In this document: positions 54,959 through 64,000 of the stretch, one piece after another
Layout: every line of letters begins with the position of its first letter
Numbering within the stretch: the stretch's first letter is position 1
Assembly: GCF_022846255.1 (NCBI RefSeq)
Contig: NZ_AP025682.1
Length of the DNA stretch: 64,000 nucleotides
Source of the DNA: Escherichia coli
GTDB taxonomy: Bacteria > Pseudomonadota > Gammaproteobacteria > Enterobacterales > Enterobacteriaceae
Strand: one strand, 5' to 3'
Made by a program: the position numbers and the translations under genes
The notes under the pieces: generated by a model
Seen by the model: only the letters and a program-made list of their open reading frames with translations
Databases searched by the model: none
Told to the model about the DNA's origin: nothing

Positions 54959-57073
54959 TCAATCAGCCACTAATAGCGGACTAGGGATACCAGATGATGA
55001 AACAAACAGCCCTTTTACGGCACGGGTTGCAGCCACATGCAGTAACGCGCGCTCATTAAATAATGCATCACGCTGTTCAACGGGATCATCGGATGCTAAT
55101 GCTTTTATTTCCGGCACAACGCCTTCGTTAATCCCCACCAGGAACACATACTGGAACTCAAGCCCTTTAATACGGTGCATCGTTGCAACTCGCACGCCTG
55201 GGCGTTCATCGCTGTCACCGCTATCATTGCCTAAATTAAATGTCTCAATTCCGGCGTCATTGAGTGCTGATGCGTAGCGGTCGCAAGCATGTTTAGTACG
55301 CGCAGTAATGCAGATATCCTGAGAACGAACCTGACTCGCCAGCAATGCCTGAATTTGCTTGACGAGTGTTGCAGCCTCTTCTTTGAAATCTGCCGCATGC
55401 GTAATCATGGGCTTTTCCCCGTGCAGTAATGACAAATAATCATTACTGGTATCCGCTTCGCCATCGAGGTTATCAACCTTCACACCAGTTAACAGCCCAA
55501 CAGCAAATTGACGCGTCTCTTCTGTGGTCCGATAGTTAATCTTCAATTTTTTACTGCGACGACCACGGACGTTAATACCACACTGACCAAGAACGACCTT
55601 ATTGCGATAAATACGCTGATGCCCATCCCCGACAATAAACAGATCGTTGGGCGACTCGGGAACCAGGCTGCGAATAAGAGTAAATGCCGGGGCACCGATA
55701 TCTTGAGCTTCATCGACGACAATACTGCTATAAGGTAGTTGGACCTGCTTTTCTTTAAACAGAACAATAGCCTCATGCATGGCATCGCCCATTTCGCGCA
55801 GTTTGGCACGCGCCATTTGTGCTCTGAATTCTTCGAAAACTGGCCAGATTTTCGCCCGTTGAATACGGGATAACGCTGTACCACGTCCAACCCGGCTGAC
55901 TTTGAGGTATTCCTCCCGGGTGTAAACCGCATTTGGCTGGACAACGCGTTGCCACTCTTCAGCATAGAAATTGTCAGGTAGCCCCAGTTCGGCAGGTGCC
56001 TGCTGCAAGGCATAGTTCCAGCATTTACGTCGCCCTTCATCGCTGTCGTATACCACGCGGAAATCATAACCGTGGCGTTTTAGTTGGTCGCTCATCCAGG
56101 CATCAATGTTAACGACGTCAATACGCGCCATCTCTTCTCGCGTACACAACCGCTGGAGATTAGCGCGAATATCTGCCGCCAGGTTACGCGTAAAGGTCGT
56201 GAAAAGTACCTTCTTACCGGGTTTATCTGCCAGACGCTGAGATAACCACCGCGCACGGTGCATTGCAACAACCGTTTTCCCTGTACCTGCACCGCCCAGT
56301 ACTCGTACCGGACCATTAGCGGGCGACTCCACCAGTTTTCGCTGGCTCGGATGCAGAAATACACGCCATTTTTCTAAAGGCGCATTAAGCATCTGCAACA
56401 GCTCCTGTTCATTTTCAACGACATGGAAGCGACGTTTACTTCGTTCAATCGCCTCCATAAAGTCGTTGGTATCAACAGGCTCGTCACGATGATCGTTAAA
56501 CTCTTCCAGCACTTCCTGGTAATCCAGCCCTTCTGCCAGCCAATGCAGGGGTTCCCAGGCTTCTGCTGGCATTATGCTTTCAAGTTGATTAAGCCCGGCT
56601 TCATCGGTAAGCGCCATCACCTGATCAATAAAGACAGGCGGCACACCCAGGGCCAGAATCTGTTCCGCGCTGTAAGCTGCGAAGAGTTTCGGTTTATCTA
56701 GCACCGTTTCCGCCGCCGGTTTGATATAGCTAATATCAATAACCTGAATTGCGCCGGTAACCGGGTGAATTGAACAATCATGCCGCCGCGCCCAGTCGTA
56801 TGCTTCGTCGTGTTTATCCACCCACATCAGCATATACAGGGCACCCTGTTCAGGTTTCAGAACAATGCCGCGATAAGTTTGATCGATTCGCACCGAATGG
56901 ACATTTTTACTGCGCGCATCGTGGATCTTTTCATAGTTAAGTCCATTACTGGTCGGGTCCTGACGGAATTTGGAGATGAATTCCTGCACCTTTTTTTGCT
57001 GTGCTTTTGGGATCCGCGCGAATGCGCCCAGAAAACCATCAGAAAGTGCCACCTTGGGCGTTTGCACCGTCAT
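54959..57073 (-). CDS. UvrD/Rep-family (SF1) helicase, 704 aa, with an uncharacterised ~230-aa N-terminal domain
   Basis: Walker A GGAGTGKT (aa 260-267), motif II IVVDEAQDIG, motif III-like VGDGHQRIYR, C-terminal TMHRIKGLEFQYVFLVG. Its start ATG overlaps the stop of the 2113-aa gene by 4 nt (57070-57073). Confidence 0.8.
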   Translation of the reverse strand: MTVQTPKVALSDGFLGAFARIPKAQQKKVQEFISKFRQDPTSNGLNYEKIHDARSKNVHSVRIDQTYRGIVLKPEQGALYMLMWVDKHDEAYDWARRHDCSIHPVTGAIQVIDISYIKPAAETVLDKPKLFAAYSAEQILALGVPPVFIDQVMALTDEAGLNQLESIMPAEAWEPLHWLAEGLDYQEVLEEFNDHRDEPVDTNDFMEAIERSKRRFHVVENEQELLQMLNAPLEKWRVFLHPSQRKLVESPANGPVRVLGGAGTGKTVVAMHRARWLSQRLADKPGKKVLFTTFTRNLAADIRANLQRLCTREEMARIDVVNIDAWMSDQLKRHGYDFRVVYDSDEGRRKCWNYALQQAPAELGLPDNFYAEEWQRVVQPNAVYTREEYLKVSRVGRGTALSRIQRAKIWPVFEEFRAQMARAKLREMGDAMHEAIVLFKEKQVQLPYSSIVVDEAQDIGAPAFTLIRSLVPESPNDLFIVGDGHQRIYRNKVVLGQCGINVRGRRSKKLKINYRTTEETRQFAVGLLTGVKVDNLDGEADTSNDYLSLLHGEKPMITHAADFKEEAATLVKQIQALLASQVRSQDICITARTKHACDRYASALNDAGIETFNLGNDSGDSDERPGVRVATMHRIKGLEFQYVFLVGINEGVVPEIKALASDDPVEQRDALFNERALLHVAATRAVKGLFVSSSGIPSPLLVAD

Positions 57074-60000
57074 TTGTCACCTCCGGACAGATGTTGCAAT
57101 GTATTTTCGTCAATTGGCCCGAATGCTACGTGCCAACCCCTGGTTGTGAATAATGGAATAAATTCTTGATTATCAATAATCAATGCCCATTTTTGTGATG
57201 GCCAGGCGAGATCGGCTTCCGCAATAATTTCCCCCTCATCATTTTGCAATTCGTAGCCGAGAGTCGGCGCAGAGAGAGAATGAGACTGAAGCAACGCGAT
57301 CTCTTCAGCGCTTAATAAGCCAAACTCAATAATCTCAGCCCAACTCTCATCAGTCTCTGGTACTGCCTCTGGCGTTGCCGAAACTTTAGTGTCAACGCTT
57401 TCCTGCGGTAAATGCACGGCTTTACGGCTGGTAAAGGTTATATCCGGCAGGAACTGTAACAGGTTTACCAGTCGCCAGAAGCCATTGAGTCCCGCTTCAT
57501 AACCGTCATCCTGCGTATAGCGATCGTCAAAACAGATATGCAAACGCAGCCAGCTGCGCATTTGTGCGACACTGGTCGTCGGTTTAATGGCTTGTTGTGG
57601 CAACACCGAAGCCAGCTCAATAAATTGCTGCGATGAGTTACAGCTATCGAGTAAACCACCAAAGACAAACGGTTCGTCTGGCAAAAGCTCTGCTAGCCGC
57701 CAGGCTGGCGCGTTTTCCTGCATTTCATAGGCATACTTTTGTTTCGTTCCCGCGTCCTGTGACTTCTTCACATCCAACCACACCCAGGCATGTGCAGCAG
57801 CCATTTTCTGCCATAACTGCGTTCTTCCTCCCGGATCGGCGAGATAATCCAGCAGCAGTGCAAAACTGTTGCGTTCCCGGAACGACGCTTCAAGGGCCGC
57901 AAAGTTGGTATCGTGAAACAGGTTATAAAACTTAGGCTGTTTCATATCCGGGTTATGCCCAAGCCCCAGGACATCCTGAACATGTTTAAGCCCAGGCTCT
58001 TTGAGATCGGCCCACGTGACTGTCCACACCCAGAAATTATCGCTATCCCGAATCGCCTGGCGTTTTTGCACATCCTCTGCGACGCTATTTTTGTGAAACG
58101 CAAAGCCATCAAGGAAAATAGCTACCGGTTTAATGGCATCAGACTGCATAAGCGGATATAGCACGTAATCCGGGCGACAAGGGATCCCCACCGCCTCTTT
58201 AGCGCCTAAATCCACCTGAGCTTTAAGATGCCAGCTCATCATCGGTTCGCTGCGGGTGTTAATAATCCACCCAGCGCCCTGATGCGCGTAACTGCGACTG
58301 ACAATCAGGTTTTTATTTTCTTGCAGGCAGCTAATAAACCGTTTTTCCAGCTCACTGCCCATCATGGCTTCGAGGGAAATGTTTTTGATGGAATCAATTA
58401 CCCGTATCGAATCTCTTGCCTGCAAAATTTTCGCCAGCAAGAGACGCGCCTGATCGCGGGAGACATACTTCATGCGCCCACGGTCACGGTAAGCGTAAAC
58501 GCAACGATAACAACCATCTTTATGCGTATCATGGTTGCAACTGCATTCCACTATCGCCTGATAGGCCAGTTCAAGTAATTTCAGCAAATTGTCGGGAGTG
58601 CGCATCAGCTCTTTAAGAGAACCAGTTCCCCCCGGGACGGTATCGTAAATCACCAGATACTGCCGCCAGGATTCGCCTTCATTTTCCGGCTCGCGGTACA
58701 CAACGCCTTTCAGGTGATCGACATTCCCCTTGAAGTAATGTTTAAGACCTAGCTGGATCGCCGCCCCAAGAGAAGCCTCCACGACACGGTCATTACTGTA
58801 ACTGCTTACCGGGAGCAGAATACGCAACGCTTCTGACTCCAGCTGGCGATAGAGATAGAGATAATCTTCGAACTTCGCCTTTTCGGGTTCCGTGCGATAT
58901 TTGCAGCTCAAATCATGACGGGGTTCATGATCGCGAGGACGCTGTACCATGCCGCACCCGAGGCAAACTTTAAACCCGGTTCGCTTCTTCGCTTCTCCGG
59001 CAATCATCAACTCATTGGCATCATCCGCCATTTTGCCGAAGTTGATATCCCGCAGGGTGACTTTGCTTAAAAATTCAAAACCAAACGGAACTTCGCCTTC
59101 CTCAATCGCGTATGCCGCCGATACATCTTCTTTTTCGAAACTAACCAATAGCTGACGCTGGAAGAAAGCAGGTTCACGGCTGTCGCTCTCGTCGCTGATC
59201 TGGCTATCACGTGCGCTGGCGCGGGCATACACCTGGCGAAGTTTCAGCAGCGTGGTTTTTTGTCCGGCGTCGGCCCACCCCGGTGTGCCACATTTCGGGC
59301 AATATTTATGCTGGTCGCCCGTCTGGTCGATATTTTCGCTGTAGTTACAGTGGCTACAGATACGCCAGTTCTCCGGCTCAGAGACCTTCAGGTCTATCTG
59401 CTCAATTTCAACTTTATGCCCACCGGCATAGAAATTATTCAGCGGAGCCAGCTCAGCCAGCGCCGTTGATGCCGGGCGTTCATATTCGAAAGTGGTGTTT
59501 TGATATTCACGTGCTTCCCCGCCTTCTTTACGCCGCCAGAGCACAGAACGTAACGTAATACCGGCTTCCGGGAAGGCGTAGTTAGGCAGCAGACCTTCAT
59601 CCGTGAGGAAATTCAGCGTCTGCTTATTGTTGATTTGATTGACCAGCGCCATCAGCGCCTGCCGTTCTGAAGTTAACTCGCGCATATCGCTGTCAAAGTT
59701 TTGATCGCGCGGCGCGTTCTCCAGCTTATCGATACTGCGCTTGAGTTTATCGATGCGTGAACGCAGAGATTTGCGATCTTCCACCAGCAGTTTTAACGCC
59801 TCTTCGATACGCTGCACCAGAGAGCGTTGTCCTGGCGCGCCCTGAAGATAAGACAACAACTGTTGGCGAGTTTCTGCGGCAAGATCGGGGAAGATCGCCG
59901 TAAATTGTGCAGCAATCTCCGCATGATGCTGTTCGATATATCTCAGTAAGTTATACGGAAAACCCGATTTACGCCCGAACTCCAGCTCATCCAGCATCTG

Positions 60001-63000
60001 TTTGACGTTTTTACAGATAGCGGATTCTGGTACACCGGTTTTCACCCAGTTATCCATACAAAAAGCTGCCAGCTGGCGTTCGAGAATAGCCGTTGCATTG
60101 AGGAAGACGCCAGGAGCCTGCACCTGGCCCTGCATCATCTCCAGTGGTTCTTCAAAGAAAAACTGATCGTGCGGGTTCCCTTCTGCCACGGTAATGTTTA
60201 ACGCGTTACCATCTTTACGACCGGCGCGACCAATACGCTGCAAGTAGTTGGCCTGAGCAGGTGGGACAGAACAGAGTAAAACGGTGGAAAGATCCCCAAC
60301 GTCGATACCCATCTCCAGCGTCGGTGTTGCCGACAACAGGTTGATATTCCACGGTTGGTTGCCGCGGTAGAACGATTTTTCGGTGGCTTCGCGATCTTCA
60401 CGGCTAAGCAGCCCCGTGTGTTCTGCGCCCTGCACGCGCGCGATGTCCATGTTCTCCCAACGCCAGGTCGCCGTATTGTCGACTTCCTGGTAACGACCTT
60501 CACAACGTAAAGAGAGACAAGGCGCATTACGCCACTGCCACCCTTGATCGGCCGGAGCCCGGACAACCTCACGGCAACATGAGCAATTAAGCTGAACGAC
60601 GTCACGGCTCACCACCAGCGCCGAAGGCACCAGTCCCCAGGCTTCACGCCCTTTGGTGTCAAAATCTTTTACTACTCCGGCTATTTTCAACGCCGTAAAC
60701 AGGCGTCGTAACACCGTTTCCGCAACGCTACTGATAAACAGATTATTGCCGTTACTCAGCGTGCGATTGATCCAATGCTGATACCAACTGGGGTTAGACT
60801 TCGCGCCAATCAGGCGATGGAAACCATTAATTTTTTCAAACGACGCGTAAGCCGGTTTACGCGTTTTCGGACCGATAGAAGGCATATAGCGCGAGGTACG
60901 CTCTTTTTGCGTCATCATAAAGGTCGTGCCATCACGGCGATAACTTTCGAACGCCGGATGCATAACGGCCCCGGCCTGGCGTTGATACCAGATAACCCCC
61001 AGCGCCAGGTGCGCTACCTGCTCGACGCTCACACCGGACATCTCATCACCCAGCTCTTCACAAAGCTGTTGATGCAGGGCGGTAATTGCCGGATTAAAGC
61101 GATCTTTATCCACTCCAGCAACGGCATAACCGGTGGCTTCCAGCGTACGTCCGATACGCGCGCGCAGGGTGAATTCGCTGTACACCTCCCAGTCGAGGCG
61201 CAGGGAAACCAGCTCCGGCAGATCGGAGTTCTCCGCCAGTTTGCCTTCATTTTTCAGTGTCTGATAATCATTCAGCCACTGCATATTTGGTGCGATGAAG
61301 TTCGCTGCAAAATGAGCATCGTCCGGTGAACGTTCACGCGTTTGTTGGCAAACACGCGCCGCGAACGCATCCAGCGGTAATGTCTCTTTTTCGCCAAGAA
61401 CACTGGCGATTTGCCCACGAATCATCAGCGGCCAGGTTCGGGCAGTAAAAAAGCTGGCACGATGCGCGGCGTCTTGTACCGAGTCAGAAAACGTAATCAG
61501 CTTTTTATGTTCGTTGAACTGGCTGCCATAAAGCTGGTGAATCATCACCGCCGACAGACTGGCAGCCCGTGACCCCAGAATCGAAATCCCCTGTTTGCTG
61601 TTGCAGTACGGGCATTCATTAGCAAACTCCAGCTCGTCCTTACGCTCTTTGAGCATATCTGGGATCAGTACCTGCAACAGCTCTGTATGACCACAATGTC
61701 CACACTGGACGCTGGACTGTCGGTTCAGTTTCAGGCAGGTAGGGCACAGTTTCTGGTGTGCGCCACTGACCGCTTTTTCGTTGTTATCCGGGAAAGCAAG
61801 GACGATGGAGCGCCCTTTTTCAAAGAACTGGCGATAAATGCCGTCGAGGTCTGTTTCCAGCTGAACGCTTTGCCCATGACGCAGGCTGGCCCAGCCGGTT
61901 GCGTGGCAGTCACGGCAGTGGATAACCGGCAAATAGTGTTCGCGATCTTCCACCGCCACATCATCGGCAAACACCAGTCTCGGTGTTTTCGCCACGCTGG
62001 CGACCAGACGACGCATCTCACGAAGCCACAACTGGGAGCGCAGTTGCACAAACGGCAGCACCGGGCGCGCTTTCTTCGCCTGGAGACGTTTTTGCCGATC
62101 GTGGTCCGTTTCCGGTACTTCGAGACGTGCCTGCGCGATCAGCGCCAGAATGCTTTGCAGCACGCGTCGGGCATGGTCGGCGCTTTCTGCCAGCATGACC
62201 TGGAGATTTTCCAGACACTCTCGTTCAGAGAGGATCCCGCCTTGCAGATCATGGAGTAAGACATGCATCACGCTGTGGCGGCGTAACAGTGACCCCAGCG
62301 CAATACGCTTTTCACGCCCGTCGTCGCTCTCCAGATCGTCCGGGAGTTGCAAGTCGCTGTCGGGGAACCACAAAGGGATTTGTCCGTTGAGATACGCCAC
62401 CGGGGTAGCGTAACTCTGCGGGTCCAGGGCCGAAGCGACCTCCGGCCCCGGATACTGACTGTACGCAATGGCGTAATCCTGCAAGTACTCCGCTGCCGTG
62501 TAGCGATCTTCGCGAATAACGGCGTCATCGGTAAACGGCTGGTCAAAGATTGTTTTTGCGTAATCGAGCAGTTGCCCCAGTTCGTCGCCGACGGTCGCTG
62601 ATGTCCCGACGCAGGCGAATCGTTGGTTATCTACACCTATGTGATGCTTCAGACGTCGCACCAGACAGGCCAGATCCGACCCTTGCGCGCCATCAAACGT
62701 ATGCAATTCATCCACGACCAGGTAACGCAATGAACCGGGCTGGTTGTAACGCCAGAGCGGCTGATCGCCAGGGCGCATCAGCAGGTAGTCGAGCATTTTG
62801 TAGTTGGTCAACAGGATGTCCGGCGGGCTTTCGCGCAGCGTGTGCTTACAGGTAATGACCTTTTCTGCCGACATTTTTTTGCTGGGTTCGATTTCGCTGT
62901 CGCCGACAAACAGGCCGACGGTCACCTTGCCATGCAGTTGTGGATCGCTGGCGATGGTTTTGGCGAAACGGCTGGCCTGATCGGTTGCCAGGGCGTTCAT

Positions 63001-63411
63001 CGGGTAGATGATAATCGCTTTAACCCCGGCTTGTGACGCGCCCGCGCAGTGGTTGAGCAGCGGGAACATAAAACATTCTGTTTTACCGGAGCCGGTACCG
63101 GTAGCGACCAGTGTCGGCTGTGGCGCGTCGCTTCCCAGACGCTGAAATGCCCGGGCCTGATGCGCGTGCGGCGGGAACGGCAGCGTCAGATTAGGGAAGA
63201 AATTCAGCGGTAAGTCACTTTTACAAAACGGCAACTGGGCGGAAAGGTATGGTCCTTTCAGCAGCGTTTCAGGCTGGGCCAGAAATTGCTCCAGCATTGA
63301 GACATTATCGTTATTCTCGCCGTTAAACAGCGGGCTGTTTAGCGGGAACGCCGCCCGTAAAAAGGCGGCAACGCTGTCGGCGACCTGCCGACTGACAACG
63401 GATGGCAGCAT
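57070..63411 (-). CDS. Giant (2113 aa) DEAH-box SF2 helicase with Zn-ribbon insertions, DUF1998-like Cys cluster and a Vsr/DUF559-like endonuclease motif; DruE-like (Druantia) candidate
   Basis: Walker A VATGTGSGKT (nt 63079-63105), motif II VVDELH (62701-62718), motif VI QRIGRAGR (60217-60240), several CxxC pairs, CSCNHDTHKDGCYRC cluster (about 58501-58545), and VAIFLDGFAFHK...RQAIRD...VWTVTW (about 58090-58140). Confidence 0.8.
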   Translation of the reverse strand: MLPSVVSRQVADSVAAFLRAAFPLNSPLFNGENNDNVSMLEQFLAQPETLLKGPYLSAQLPFCKSDLPLNFFPNLTLPFPPHAHQARAFQRLGSDAPQPTLVATGTGSGKTECFMFPLLNHCAGASQAGVKAIIIYPMNALATDQASRFAKTIASDPQLHGKVTVGLFVGDSEIEPSKKMSAEKVITCKHTLRESPPDILLTNYKMLDYLLMRPGDQPLWRYNQPGSLRYLVVDELHTFDGAQGSDLACLVRRLKHHIGVDNQRFACVGTSATVGDELGQLLDYAKTIFDQPFTDDAVIREDRYTAAEYLQDYAIAYSQYPGPEVASALDPQSYATPVAYLNGQIPLWFPDSDLQLPDDLESDDGREKRIALGSLLRRHSVMHVLLHDLQGGILSERECLENLQVMLAESADHARRVLQSILALIAQARLEVPETDHDRQKRLQAKKARPVLPFVQLRSQLWLREMRRLVASVAKTPRLVFADDVAVEDREHYLPVIHCRDCHATGWASLRHGQSVQLETDLDGIYRQFFEKGRSIVLAFPDNNEKAVSGAHQKLCPTCLKLNRQSSVQCGHCGHTELLQVLIPDMLKERKDELEFANECPYCNSKQGISILGSRAASLSAVMIHQLYGSQFNEHKKLITFSDSVQDAAHRASFFTARTWPLMIRGQIASVLGEKETLPLDAFAARVCQQTRERSPDDAHFAANFIAPNMQWLNDYQTLKNEGKLAENSDLPELVSLRLDWEVYSEFTLRARIGRTLEATGYAVAGVDKDRFNPAITALHQQLCEELGDEMSGVSVEQVAHLALGVIWYQRQAGAVMHPAFESYRRDGTTFMMTQKERTSRYMPSIGPKTRKPAYASFEKINGFHRLIGAKSNPSWYQHWINRTLSNGNNLFISSVAETVLRRLFTALKIAGVVKDFDTKGREAWGLVPSALVVSRDVVQLNCSCCREVVRAPADQGWQWRNAPCLSLRCEGRYQEVDNTATWRWENMDIARVQGAEHTGLLSREDREATEKSFYRGNQPWNINLLSATPTLEMGIDVGDLSTVLLCSVPPAQANYLQRIGRAGRKDGNALNITVAEGNPHDQFFFEEPLEMMQGQVQAPGVFLNATAILERQLAAFCMDNWVKTGVPESAICKNVKQMLDELEFGRKSGFPYNLLRYIEQHHAEIAAQFTAIFPDLAAETRQQLLSYLQGAPGQRSLVQRIEEALKLLVEDRKSLRSRIDKLKRSIDKLENAPRDQNFDSDMRELTSERQALMALVNQINNKQTLNFLTDEGLLPNYAFPEAGITLRSVLWRRKEGGEAREYQNTTFEYERPASTALAELAPLNNFYAGGHKVEIEQIDLKVSEPENWRICSHCNYSENIDQTGDQHKYCPKCGTPGWADAGQKTTLLKLRQVYARASARDSQISDESDSREPAFFQRQLLVSFEKEDVSAAYAIEEGEVPFGFEFLSKVTLRDINFGKMADDANELMIAGEAKKRTGFKVCLGCGMVQRPRDHEPRHDLSCKYRTEPEKAKFEDYLYLYRQLESEALRILLPVSSYSNDRVVEASLGAAIQLGLKHYFKGNVDHLKGVVYREPENEGESWRQYLVIYDTVPGGTGSLKELMRTPDNLLKLLELAYQAIVECSCNHDTHKDGCYRCVYAYRDRGRMKYVSRDQARLLLAKILQARDSIRVIDSIKNISLEAMMGSELEKRFISCLQENKNLIVSRSYAHQGAGWIINTRSEPMMSWHLKAQVDLGAKEAVGIPCRPDYVLYPLMQSDAIKPVAIFLDGFAFHKNSVAEDVQKRQAIRDSDNFWVWTVTWADLKEPGLKHVQDVLGLGHNPDMKQPKFYNLFHDTNFAALEASFRERNSFALLLDYLADPGGRTQLWQKMAAAHAWVWLDVKKSQDAGTKQKYAYEMQENAPAWRLAELLPDEPFVFGGLLDSCNSSQQFIELASVLPQQAIKPTTSVAQMRSWLRLHICFDDRYTQDDGYEAGLNGFWRLVNLLQFLPDITFTSRKAVHLPQESVDTKVSATPEAVPETDESWAEIIEFGLLSAEEIALLQSHSLSAPTLGYELQNDEGEIIAEADLAWPSQKWALIIDNQEFIPLFTTRGWHVAFGPIDENTLQHLSGGDK

Positions 63412-64000
63412 CAGGCGCTCTCCTTATCTTGTGCAAAGAACGCCCAGGCCACTTTGTAGTCGTCCTCGCGATCTGGCTTGATAAACGGAGCCTGCCAAGT
63501 GACGGTACGGCGCTCGCCTTCGTCGCTGCGGGTATAGTCATCAAAGGTGACGCTGACGGTACCGGTTTGCAGATGTTTGACATCATCCCAACCGATGGCT
63601 TGATCGGTGCAGTCACCGCCGGTCCACTCTGGGCTATCGACGTTAAAGACAAAGCCGTTTTTCAGGTCAGCTTTACGCGCGGTGCGAGGCAAGCCAACGC
63701 CCACCAGCCCTTTGCTTGGGGTAAAGATAATGCGACCGTTTTGATCGTACCAGGTATCCGCTTCGTACTGGCGCATCACCGGGAACTGTACACGGTAAAT
63801 GGTAAGCAGTTCTTCGAGGGTTAACCCCAGCGCCTGCGCCACCAGTACGTCGATTTCCACCAGCGCCTGACGGCGACTGTAGTCAGAGCGTAAGGCGCAG
63901 TTACGCTGCCACTCTGGGGTCAGATTGGTGAAGAAATCTTGTGGGAGCTGCGGGAGATCGCGGCTCCAGCGTTGGGTATTGAAGTCTGGGGTGTAGCAGG
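63411..64000 (-). CDS. Hypothetical protein, C-terminal part only (gene continues beyond the window end); candidate partner of the giant helicase (DruH-like?)
   Basis: Reverse-strand frame is open from the window edge down to the TGA at 63411-63413 (about 196 codons visible). The stop overlaps the ATG of the 2113-aa gene by 1 nt (TGATG). No recognisable catalytic motif in the visible part. Confidence 0.6.
   Translation of the reverse strand, partial: CYTPDFNTQRWSRDLPQLPQDFFTNLTPEWQRNCALRSDYSRRQALVEIDVLVAQALGLTLEELLTIYRVQFPVMRQYEADTWYDQNGRIIFTPSKGLVGVGLPRTARKADLKNGFVFNVDSPEWTGGDCTDQAIGWDDVKHLQTGTVSVTFDDYTRSDEGERRTVTWQAPFIKPDREDDYKVAWAFFAQDKESA

Noticed and set aside
54959-57073. Identification of the 704-aa helicase as helicase IV (HelD)
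   Set aside because: Similar size, but the N-terminal 230 residues do not resemble HelD's N-terminal domain, and the gene is coupled to a defence-like giant helicase rather than sitting in a HelD-like context.
61687-62259. 190-codon + strand ORF and neighbouring ORFs inside the giant helicase gene
   Set aside because: Antisense shadow ORFs within a gene supported by multiple helicase motifs; typical of GC-rich coding DNA.

Overview
This window is an Escherichia coli-type chromosomal segment with the K-12 backbone yjiR – rpnD – mdtM – yjiNMLKJ – kptA – yjiHG – iadA – hypT // iraD – uxuRBA – gntP – fimHGFDCIA – fimS – fimE – fimB – nanCMS, in reverse orientation to the K-12 map. Gene names are assigned from recognisable protein sequence and synteny; no database search was run. 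Four departures from that backbone stand out. (1) The right end (54959 to the window edge) holds three translationally coupled minus-strand genes: a partial upstream gene, a 2113-aa DEAH helicase with Zn-ribbons, a DUF1998-like Cys cluster and a Vsr/DUF559-like endonuclease motif, and a 704-aa UvrD-family helicase. This is the best candidate for a defence system, Druantia-like (DruE-like), with an extra coupled helicase that I cannot place in any described system. (2) A ~20-kb accessory metabolic island sits between the convergent 3' ends of hypT and iraD: a DhaR-type regulator, a second gcl-hyi-glxR-glxK set, two paralogous FAD-dependent oxidoreductases, three transporters of different families, a GldA-like dehydrogenase and dhaKLM with a full-length EI fusion. 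Its substrate is unknown. (3) gntP is reduced to a frameshifted ~217-bp remnant. (4) The fim switch appears to be assembled in the phase-OFF orientation. Between nanS and the helicase operon lie an IS4-family transposase remnant and an AT-rich orphan gene. No rRNA, tRNA or CRISPR array was recognised.
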